From the NCBI GenBank assembly GCA_043228905.1, contig JBHGNT010000015.1:18724001-18788000 (forward strand): a DNA stretch of 64,000 nt, written 5' to 3'. Shown piece by piece: positions 50,901-62,900 of the stretch. How positions within the stretch are numbered: the first letter of the stretch is position 1; every line of letters starts with the position of its first letter. Origin of the DNA: Azolla caroliniana (lineage: Eukaryota; Plantae; Polypodiophyta). Made by a program: the position numbers and the translations under genes. The notes beneath the pieces are model-generated. The model worked only from the letters and a program-made list of their open reading frames with translations. It was not told where the DNA came from and ran no database searches.

Positions 50901-53900
50901 CTTGCCCAAACTTGAGGCACCTCGAAAGCATGTTTGTGAAGGTTGTATTTTGGGCAAAATGCAATGTTCATCATTTCCAGAAGATGGTTTAGTTAGAGTT
51001 TTGCAGAAATTGCAGCTTGTTCATAGCGATGTTTGTGGTACTATGTAGGGGAACTATCTTTATTTCGTGACTTTCATTGATGACTTTTCTAGGCATGCAT
51101 GGTTATATCCATTGAAGGCAAAGTCCGTAGTGTTTCTGTGCTTCAAACAATTTCTAGCTTTGGTTGAGAATTTGTTAGCATGTAAAATGGGCACCCTCCG
51201 TTCTGATCGAGGGGGGGAGTATATGTCTTCTGAGTTTAATGCATTTCTGGCTGAACGTGGGATAAAACATCAGTGTACAGTGCCGTATACACCTCAACAA
51301 AATGAAGTTGCTGAAAGAAAGAACAGGTCACTCATGGAAATGGCGAGGTGTATGGTCAAAAGTCAGGCCTTACCACATAGTTTTTGGCTTGAGGCTGCCA
51401 TGTGTGCAGCATATGTACTCAACAGGTGTCCCACTAAAGCACTGCACTCTATCACTCCATATGAAGCTTGGCATGGCCAAAAGCCATATGTTGCTCATTT
51501 GCGTGTTTTTGGTTGTTTGGCATATGCATTAGTGTCTAAACAACAACGCAAAATATTGGATGATAAAGTAGTGAAATGTATTTTTGTAGGATACAATTCT
51601 GAAAGTAAAGGTTATCGTCTGTATCATCCACAATCTAAACACATTTGGTTAGCCGTGATGTTGTTTTTGTGGAGGATGCAATTCAGCCACTTCTTTTATG
51701 TACGATGGAGACATCAGTTAGTTCCAGAGATGTGTATGACACTTTGTTGCCTCTGTTTACAAGTGGACAGTTAAGTGTTGGCCCACTTGAGGCACCTTCT
51801 CAGCCTTTGGAAGCTACTCATAATGATGCAGATCATTCTATTTCTGATGCAGACTTACATGATGCACTTATTAATGAGAGGGCTGATATAGAGGAGGCAA
51901 AGACTGTGCCTAAATGGCTGTTGCAGACTTTGCGAGGCAGTAAATTGGATTTTCCATTGTCATATCGTATTCATTCAGGTTATCATAGTGCTTCTTTTGC
52001 ATCAGATTGTTATGCTATGGCTGCCTCTAGTCTTTACGATGAGAATGAGCCTGTTTCTTTTGATGAAGCACAAAATTTAGAAAATTGGTTGGCTGCTATG
52101 CAATCAGAATATGATGCTATTATGAAGATTGGTACATGGTCTTTATGTGACTTGCCTCTTGGCAAGAAGGCTATTGGCACTAAGTGGATATATAAGCTAA
52201 AGCGTAAACCTGATGGAACAATTGACAGGTATCAGGCTAGGCTTGTTGCGAAAGGTTATGCCCAAGAAAAAGGCATTGATTTTGATGAGACCTTTGCGCC
52301 CACCTGCCATATGACTACTGTTCGTAGCATCTGTGCAATTGCAGCTCATCGTGGTTGAAATGTACATTAGTTGGACATTAAAACAACATTTCTAAATGGT
52401 GATCTTCATGAGGAAGTGTATGTATCCCAGCACCGTGGTTTTGTGCAGAAAGGGCATGAACACAAAGTGTGAAGATTGAGAAAGGCATTATATGGCTTGA
52501 AGCAAGCCCCATGTTCTTGGTGTGAAAAGATACATGCCTATTTGATTGCATTTGGGTTTGAGAATAGTCCAACTGAAAGCACCTTATATGTAAAGCATGC
52601 TGATGATGTATTTCTGATCATGGTTGTGTATGTCGATGATATGTTGCTCACTAGTCCCAATGAGAAGCATATTGGGACTTTAAGGCTGATTTACATGCCT
52701 CTTTTGAGATGTCCGATTTGGGGCATTTGCATCATTATTTGGGCATTCAATTTATGCAAGTTGATGGTGGAATAGCTTTGTGTCAATCGAAATACATTGA
52801 TGCATTATTGCAGCGTTTTGGCCTTGAAGACTGTAAACCTATTGCCACTCCCATGGAGACAGGTTTACCTTTCAGCCTTCATGATGCTGGAGATGCATTT
52901 GATGTTGTTCTCTATCAGCAAGCAGTTGGATGCTTGATCTACTTATGCATAACCTGACCTGATATTCTGTTTGCTGTCTCTCAGATGAGCAGGTTTATGC
53001 ATTGCCCAGGAGTTAAGCATTGGTAGGCAGTTAAGCGCATCTTTTGCTACTTGGGTGGTACCCGGTCACTTGGGTTGTTTTATCCCAAGGGGGGAACACT
53101 ACCGCCATACCTGCATGCTTTTTTTGACTCTGATTGGGCTGGTTGTTATGACACTCGTGTGTCCACAAGTGGTTTTTGCTTCATGCTTGGTAGCTCATGC
53201 ATATCTTGGTCAAGCAAGAAACAGCCTACTGTGGCCACTTCTAGTTGTGAGGCTGAGTATAGGGCAGCTTTCACAACTACAATTGAGTGTGTGTGGCTCA
53301 GACGCCTTTTAGCTGATTCGGGTGTTGGTCAGTCTTCTGCCACCACCATCTTCACTGACAGTCAAACCGCAATGGCAGTTGCGAGGAACCCTGTGTTCCA
53401 TGCTCGCACTAAGCACATTGAGGTGCATTATCACTATGACAGGGAAAGGTTCTCCACTGGAGAGATCAGTTTGGCTTATGTGCCCAAGCAAGAGAACATT
53501 GCAGACCTCTTCACAAAGGCTCTGCCTAGGGAGATGTTTGAAGCTTTCTGCAAAGCTTTAGGCCTACTTCCATTTGTGGATTGATCTCTATCTACATAGC
53601 TTGGCACTTGCTTAGCCATGAGTGCTACCTTCTTGTTCACCGCATCACTCCCAAGGGGGATTTGTTGACATTTTGGTAGTGATGTGTGTGAACACACTTA
53701 GGACAGTGCTGTGTGAACACACTTAGGATAGTGATGTGTGAACACACTTAGGACAATGATGTGTGTGAACACACTTAGGACAATAGGGGCATTTTTTCCC
53801 TCTTTAGGAGGTTTTTTCCCCCTGTGTATATATACTCTCATAACCCTAAAGTGGGTAAGCTTTTTGGGGTTCAAAGCAAGAACCCAACATTAGATTCAGT

Positions 53901-56900
53901 TATATTATTTTAGTTTATTGTTCTCAAAGATGAGACAACATTTCAAGATTTAATCTGTCGTTTGGGCTGATGTGTAATTTTGGCTTCTTAAAAGACATTA
54001 ATATATCTTTCTTCTTCTTTTAGGATTCTTGCAAAATCTCTCTAGTATTCAAAAGGTGATCAAATTATCTACAGATCATCTGGTCTTTATTTTTTACCAA
54101 TAACTTTGACCTTAGTTCCCTGACAAGCCCTCGTGTCAAGAGCATCTCTTCTTGTAAACGTGTAAAAACTGGATTTTCTCATGTGATGGCTAAAACTTTG
54201 CATTTCTGACCTTCCAAACTTCATGGAGCTGGTGAGTACTTTGTCATGGCACTGGGACAAGGATGCGATCATCTTCAAAGAAGGCATTGGAACTGTCCAT
54301 TGGGGATATACAGAAATTGAAATTGAAACAAGTTGGAAGATTTAATACTTCCCTTCGATGCAAAGTAATGGAATACAAAGCCCACCATGCAAGGTAGTAA
54401 CTTAGAAGAAGAATTATGCTTAGGACTGTTTTTGCTAGAACTCCAGATACATAGAGAGTTGTTGAACAATAATTCAACAATGGCAGCTTATTAGCAAAGA
54501 GCCACCATGACTTTCTTTTGCATCATCACTCTTCATGCTACAACTCAATGAAGGGTTAGACGAGTGAGGTCTCGAGTCTTGACCAGGACTCTCTCAAGGA
54601 TTTATAATGAATCAGGCAATAGCAAGATGTTGTGCACATAGGCCACGACAATCTGACCATGGCCTTGTTACCCATCCCTTTCTTTAAATGTCTCTCCATT
54701 TTGGAATTGGCCCATGTTCAATATTTTTTGAAGGCAGAAGTTTCAATCGAACTAAGCTTTAAATATTAACTGCTTAGCTAACTAGTTTCTTTAGTACCTT
54801 ACATTTAGCTACATTTTTTTTGGTTTGTTGTTTGCAAAGGTGATAAAATTTTAAGATGTCATCTCTAGTTTTGTCTCATAGGCCATTTTATTCTCTTTAA
54901 AGACGTTGATATATCTTTCTTTCTTTATTCTTTCTGTAGACGTCCTAAATAGCAAGTTTCAAACTTGGTTGGTTATGAGATTTCCTGTAGGCACCATTGA
55001 AGAAATAATGTAACAACATATTTCTACTGTGTTTGGGGAGTTTTGCCTAAGTATTTCTCTGCTAGTATCTCTTTCATTGTAAGCAAAATTTGGTTCAAGT
55101 AAATGTTTTTACCTTAAAGAAGCGGTCAAATTCATGATTCAGGTAAAACTGTTGGAAGAACTTGGAAATAAGCTGCAAGACATTACCTTTTGGTTTGTAC
55201 TTTTGCAGCATTCCATTTTGCACGTGATGTTGAGTTTAGCAGATTTTGGAGATACCCATTTGATCTAGCTCAATTGCAACCTATAGAGAAGGTTATGATA
55301 ACCTTCCTCTTTTCTTTCTCAGCAAATCCTCATCATCCTTGTTATTGACCAATTATGGCTGTTATCACCCGTCGCTAGAGTTGCTTCCCTGCTTCGGGTA
55401 TAAGTTTCAGTTCATCTACGTTTTAAATGTTTAGTGCTTACCTGACAAGATTATTTTCTACCTTAAATTCTCTAATCCAGTTATGATTATTTTGGTTTGT
55501 TTTTCTCAAAGATGAGACAAAGATGTAATCTCTCATTTGATTTCATCATTTTGGCATCTTAAATGATAAAATATCTTTCGTTCAGCTTTTTGCAGTAGTT
55601 TTTTTGTCCATTTGAAATTAGATGCATCTTTGTGATCATTTTAAAGGAAAGGAAAATCTTGGTAGTTGTACACATACATAAACAAATATGAACTATATGT
55701 GGCTAGAAATGTGGAGGGAGCTGATGTTAGGTGTAAAGGCCCGTAGTTCACAAATTAGGTAATTATTCGTATATGTGAACACATTGTTCACCTGGACAGG
55801 ACATCTCCTTTTGTAATGTGAACACACCTCTTTCTTTGTAGGGTTAACTAATATAATAACCTTTTTTTTCTTGTGTACCAAATTCCAATCAAGACGGTTG
55901 GGTACACCCAAAAATCTGTATCTCTACTCTCTGTTTGCTGAACATCATCCCTCAATAGCTGCTCCCTGAAAATCATGCCTCAGGTAACTACTCAGGTGTT
56001 GTCTTAGTGGTGACTTCGAATTTAGGGGGGATTGATTCCCTCTGCTATTTAGTCTGGGACCTGGTAGAATGACTATGGAACTTGGAGCCAGCGTGAACAG
56101 ATGCCATTGCATGTCTCTTCTTATTTACAGTGCTGATTGATATTTATATTCTGATTAATCAGTAAATTGCTTTTACCATGCAGTTATATGCCATTGGTTG
56201 CAGGTGGACTTAGATCACGCAGTTCTTAGCCATTTCGAACCTTCAGTTGTGCAGTTATTTATCCTTGGGTTATTTATTTCCAGTTGAAACTGTAGATACA
56301 GATTTACCAGCGGATACCTGGTGCACCAGAATGGGCAATGATTCCACTCGTGCCATGTTTAAGGATCTTGTGCTGGAATCACCTTCTTGTTGCCTAAGGT
56401 TCTGCTCACATGCTCATGAAATGTGATGTGCTACTAGTCTATTGGCTTTGCATGTTGGCTTGCCACTGATATATCTCTTGCAGAGTATTTCTCTGGTTAC
56501 AGCATAAGAAAGGTATGCATTTATTCAATGAGGGGGCTTCATTGGACCTTGTCTTCATGCTCACCACTACTAGATACTCTAGACATATCTTCGATGTATT
56601 GGCTTTTGAGGAGACAAATCATTGTCATAGGCATTTTTTTCTGCACAGTTGCTACTATTACTTTGTGGTGTATTTGGAAGAGTTGTTCCTCCCACATTCC
56701 AGTCTTTGACTTGGTGAGGCTTATTCCACCTTGGAGACTCCAGTGTATGGTGGTGTGAGCTTTTTCACACCTTGAGGAGATATGGGATGCTTCCGTTGGA
56801 TCAAAGCAGCAGAGGAAGGAAAGGGGAGGCTTTTCTCGCCTCCTGATGAACTATCAACTTCTTTTCAAATTTTCTGTTGGAGATATTAGGAAACATAATT

Positions 56901-59900
56901 ATTGCAAACATAATTTTCTGTACAGCTTCTAGTATTTACTTTGTGGTATATTTGGAAAAGTTGTTGCCCTCGCATTCTAGATAGTGATGTGGTTAGACTC
57001 ATTCCACCTTGGCAGAGGAAAGGTGTGCTTTCTTCACCTCCTGGTGGCATTATTGACTTCTCTTTGGTTCATCTCTTGGGGACATTACTTGGCAGTATTT
57101 ACTTTGTGGTATATTTGGAAAAGTTGTTGCCCTCGTATTCTAGATAGTGACCTGGTGAGACTTATTCCACGTTGGCAGAGGAAATGTGCAATTTCTTCAC
57201 CTCCTGGTGGTACTATTGACTAGCAATGGGCACGATTTTGGTTCAAACCGAACCGAACCGTTAAGCCATAGTTTAACGGTTTATTGGTTCCAAAAAAATT
57301 TAATGGTTTGGATTCTTGATAAGCGGTTCGGTTCGGTTCTAAAACTCGACTTTATAGGTTTACAGGTTTGGTTTAAAGGTTTATAGGTTTTTGGTTAACT
57401 TTTGTTTTTTTACCTTAAAAGTTTATTGATGTAATGGTTTAATTAATGGTGTTTTATTGATTTAATTAATTTAACTTATTCATTAATAAATTTAATAAAT
57501 TTAACTTAAATGCTTATTTAATTTAATGTATTTTTGTTTCTTTAGATGTTTAACTAGTTTGACTTAAGTGGTTAGGTTTAAATTTTTTATTAAATGGTTC
57601 AGTTTGGTTTCAAAATTTCCCTAAACGGTTTGGTTTAAATACTGAGAGTTCATAAACGGTTTGGTTTGGTTTTGTTTTAAATAAACGGTTTGGTTTCTTT
57701 GCCTTGAAACCGAACCGTGCCCATTGCTACTATTGACTTCTCTTTGGTTTGTCTCTTGGGGACATTACTTGGCAGTACACTCTAATGCAGTGGTTTATTC
57801 TGCACTGATTCCACCATCATTGGCTACTTGTGTATAATCATCATAATTAAGCTGACAGCCCTATTTTTCTTAAAAAGTTAAAGAATAACTGTATCTTTGT
57901 GCATCACGGCATCCCCTTTCATATCATCATACTTTTAAATGCAGGCTTATTGTTCCACTTCTACAAGGATATGAAGATGCTGGTGATTTCACTTTTTCTC
58001 AGAGGTTCAAGACTAGCATCCGAGTCAATCTTATCTTCTACTTGAGTGTAGGATCAGTAGGGTTGCTCGGGGTTGCCATCCTTTTACTTCTACACAGGCT
58101 GCAATGGTAAAAACTTATGATTGATAGAATTATGTTTAATTACAATACATTTTCCAAACTCTTTAATATTTTGGCTTTTGACAGTTTTTTATTACCATAA
58201 TTTGTATTTCTTTCTTTCTTCCTTTCTCTCTATTTGGTCACATAGGTCATTTTAGCCCTGTGAAGGCATTACTATAACTTTTCATTTTTCTACTTCTCCT
58301 GTGTATTTCTTACACACAAGCAACTGTGGCTAGTCTTTGTTAAGCATGTTTTAACTATCTGCAACTGATATTTAAAATGTGAGCTATTGAACTCTTATTT
58401 GCTGATAATATAGATAATTAGCAGTTTGTTATTGATGTACCTAATCTGTATCGGATTAAGTGGGACAAAGCAGTAATTAGATAACATTTATAATTCGTTT
58501 ATTAATATGCGTTGTTTATTTATGTATTAGGAATCGTGTGATGGGACTTGCCATTGCATGTTCAAACACATTTGGTCTTGTTACTGGTGCGTTTCTCCTT
58601 GGGTTTGGCCTTTTGGAAATTCCACGTACCATTTGGCGGAATGCTCATTGGAGTTATCGCCACAAACGACTTTCTCATCAAGTCGCTAGAGTGGCAGTAA
58701 GCCTTGATGAGGCCCATCAAGAATTGTCAACTGCAATCGTGGTATGCAAACATGCTACCATTATGAGAGACTTTTGAAATTTTGATGAACTGATGAAGCA
58801 TGGGAGGGAAGACCTGCCAACTTCACAGTTTTTGCATTGTTACATTAGCTAATTTATTCTGCAGGTTTGTCCTATTTGTGACAATTTATGCACCTATTCC
58901 AGATTGCTCAAGGTACTTCAAATCAAATGTCGAGGAGGGATCCTTTACGACGATACATGGATGTTATTGACAATATACTTGTCCAATGGGTTTGTATATT
59001 TCGTCATTGCAAAATGCCTGATGGTAGTTAATGGAATTTACAGAGCTACATGTTTGTCTCATGTGGCAGGCAGAGGAAGATCCCTCTTTTAAGCCTTCTG
59101 GTGGACGGATGGGAGAAAGTGATATGGATTATGATGCAGATGAAAAATCCATGGCAACCCTTCGTCGACGATTACGGAAAGCCCGCTATTCTTACTGCCG
59201 CTTCAAGAGGTGATTTGGAGTATTACTTTTGAATTGATGAAATAAAAAATTTATTGTCCTATACTTAACCTGTATTTAAGGTGTCTATAATTTAATAACA
59301 AAGTAATTTATTCCTTTTTTGGAGCTTATGATGTATAAACGTTGTTTCCTAATTAGATCAACATGCCTCCCAAGTAAGAATGGGCTTAGAAGTTAGTAGC
59401 TAAAATTTTAGTTTCTTTGGTCTGGGTTAATGACGTGAGTACCTTGTACTAGAAAGCTGAGTATTCTTTAAAACTATCTTTACAAGTAGGATCACTAAAT
59501 AGGAGAGGAGCTTATTTATTTGCATTATCCACCTTTTCTTTTCCCAAGAAGAATTCTGATTCTGGTCTTGTTACCCATGGTTGATTGTTCTAGGAAGTAA
59601 ATGAATAACACATCATTGGGCTCGAAACTCATTTTTTCTATGTAGAAATTTCAAGGCATTGAACTAATATTGTTTTTAACAGTGAATATACAATGCGTGT
59701 TCAGGAGGCACTGAAGTTGGAGGATACCATAAGAAATTATGAGAATGGTAGCTTGCAAAACTGGTATGTATGTATATATTCATAGACACAGGTAGAGAAT
59801 AATTCACACATTCTGGAAAGCTTCGATACTTGCTTGATTACCTCATATCAAAAGTTCCATTGCAAGTTTTATTGGCAGTTATGTTATAATGCAATAGGCA

Positions 59901-62900
59901 AGAAAATTATTCTTGCTTAAGTGGTTGTGTCAATCAAGATAGCTTATCATGAAAATATTTAGCGTGCTGTTAGTTATGGTTTGCATATTGCATGAATCAC
60001 TGTATGTGTACTCTTTTAGCACCTAGTATGGGCATGTAAAGATCGGAAGGTCATCTAAGGAACTATGGTTCATTATTAGTTGGTTGAAACTTATCATTGC
60101 AGAGCATACCAGCATATAATAATATTCTACAGAATTAGGTTTCCCTTTGTGAGTGGTTGGTATAGTTCATACTCTATGATCCACAAAGGGATTAATTGTC
60201 AACATAAAAAGATTGGGTTTGCAAATGCTGAGAATTGGACCCCACTGCACGGGTCAGTAAAACGTGCTTCATTACAAACCTGTTTTCAACTAATTATTGC
60301 AGGCGTTACATTTCTAGCATGCATAAACCTCGAACAGGACAATTGATGCAATATTTGGATATTGGAGGTAATATTTTGGTTTTTACATCTATTGGTTTTC
60401 TGAATTTATGTTATTGTAGGAATCTGAGCTACTATCTTTATGTCATTGGGAAATGTAAGTTTGCATTCATTATATCATTAAAAAATGGAATTTTCTCACT
60501 CTCAACTGAATGAAGATGGAAAATTTAAGTATAACTAAGATTTTGAACTGATGACTTGTAGCTTCAATTGGTATGGGCATCGATCATGAATATAGAAAAG
60601 ACACACATACAAAATGCTAGTTTTATCTCTAAATCAGATGAACCCATGGTATGCAAATTATAGATTATGTGTTGTGCTTTCACAAAAATGCCATTAATGA
60701 ACGCAAAATATGAAATATGGGCAATCTCACAACTAGCAATGGGCCCGGTTTGGGATCAAACCGAACCGAACCGTTAAGCCATGGTTTAAAGGTTTATAAG
60801 TTCCAAAATACATAATTAAATGGTTTGGTTTGGTTTTAATGATTAATAAACAGTTTGGTTCTGAAACTGGGGTTTATCGGTTTATAGGTTTAAGTGGTTT
60901 GGTTTACAGGATTATAGGTTTTTGGGCTAACTTTTTTATCCCTTCAATGTTTATGTAATTTAATGATTAAATTAATGGTTTTTATTGATTTAATTCAGTT
61001 AACTTAAATGTTTATTTAATCTAATGGCTTAATTAATGCTTATTTATTTATTTAATTTATTTAACATAATTGCTTATTTAATTTAGTGTATTTCTATTTA
61101 TTTAATTTTTTAATTAGTTTGGTTTAAATATAGTTAGGTTTAAACTTTTTATTAAATGGCTCAGTTTGGTTTCAACTTTTCCCTAAACGGTTTTGGTCTA
61201 AATAGTTTGGTTTACTTTTTCTTAAATGGTTTAGTTTAATTGCTTGAAAGTTCATAAGCGGTTTGGTTTGGTTTTTGTTTTATATAAATGGTTTGGTTCA
61301 GTTCAGTTTGGTTTCAAGGCAAAGAAACTGAACCGAACTGAAACCGAACCGGGCCCATTGCTACTCACAACATTGTTTTGCTTTGATATATTGAGCGTTT
61401 GATCCATTAAAGCAATATTTCTAGTATACACTGAAGTGGATGCTCGTCATGGCTGAGTTTTTGCTTCTTTGAACCACATTTTCTATTACATCGTCAACAC
61501 ACATGCATCATAATCTATCAGAAACGACATAATATGTAACATGAATCATAGTGCATCAGATCATTTCTGGATGTGGCATCAAAGCCCTTTCGTAAATGGA
61601 GATTTATCTTTCTGAAATCCAAATTGGATTTTGTCTTTGTATCATGGCCAGAATTGTATTGCATTCATTTATCAAATTCTGAAGGAATTTCCTGTATGAA
61701 ACGAATTTCCTCTTGCAGCTGCAGGGAATATCTATAGAAATGGACCGATGGCTTAAATTTCTAGTTATCCTAATTAAATACCATGTTCTTATATTCAAGA
61801 AAAATGCTGACTTTGTTTTAGAGAAGTTCTTGCTGAATAATTAATGTTACCTGATGTGATAGGAGCTCTATTCCAGATGTTCTCTTATCTGTGCACAGTT
61901 AAAATATTTGCTAAAACTGATCAAATGTGGTATGCATTCACCCTTACTATTTTTATGTTTTTATGTTCTTGCTGAATAATTAATGTTACCTGATGTGATA
62001 GGAGCTCTATTCCAGATGTTCTCTTATCTGTGCACAGTTAAAATATTTGCTAAAACTGATCAAATGTGGTATGCATTCACCCTTACTATTTTTATGTTTT
62101 TATGTTCTTGCTGAATAATTAATGTTACCTGGTGTGATAGGAGCTCTATTCCAGATGTTCTCTTATCTGTGCACAGTTAAAATATTTGCTAAAACTAATC
62201 AAATGTGGTATGCATTCACCCTTACTATTTTTATGTTTTTGTAGAATGGATATGGGAGTGTGTCCTTAAACAATATCTTCAACTGGCCCTTTCAGTAACA
62301 TTAGGTGTGATGAGCTTTGCCCTTCTGTTTGCTGAAGCCACACTACTTCCAAATGTGGATCTCTCTCTATTTTCTTTGTTTATAAAGGCAGTGGGGAAGA
62401 AAGAGATACTTGTGCAGGTATAACTGCAACTTTTATGTGTACCAGTACTGCCATAGAGGTTCTAACATATGTTTTTGTGTGAGATGCAGACAATTGCATT
62501 TATTCCTTTAATGTATATGTGCGCATGCACATACTTCTCTCTTTTCAAGTTGGGAATGTTCACTTTCTATTATCTGACACCAAGATACACAAGCTCTGTT
62601 AGCTTGCTGATGATATGCTCGTATGTATTGCCGATCAGGATTGTTTTGTTATCTTGGTTTGCACTCTAGTAAACTAACTTGTGTTATGGTTTAATTAGAA
62701 TGGTAGCTAGGTATGCAGCACCAATTGCATACAATTTCCTTAACTTGATTCGGCTTGGTGATGGTGCTGAGACCACATTTGAGAAGGTGGGTTATCAATC
62801 ATGGGAGCAATTGAATGTGATTCCAAATTGAATTCTAGACTACTCATTGTCAAAGGTACTGTTTCAGAGAATGGGGAAGATGGATGATGCAGCACCCTTT

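Larger units (their letters stand above)
48090..54020 (+). mobile_element. Old LINE 3' fragment split by Copia D
   Basis: 48090-48821 and 53890-54020 rejoin into the same 3' end as the other LINE copies, with a TTTC-type tail. Confidence 0.65.

Noticed and set aside
58785-58830. Hammerhead ribozyme (CTGATGA cores here and at ~9438, 13005, 56843, 60548)
   Set aside because: No correctly spaced GAAA with flanking helices was seen by eye
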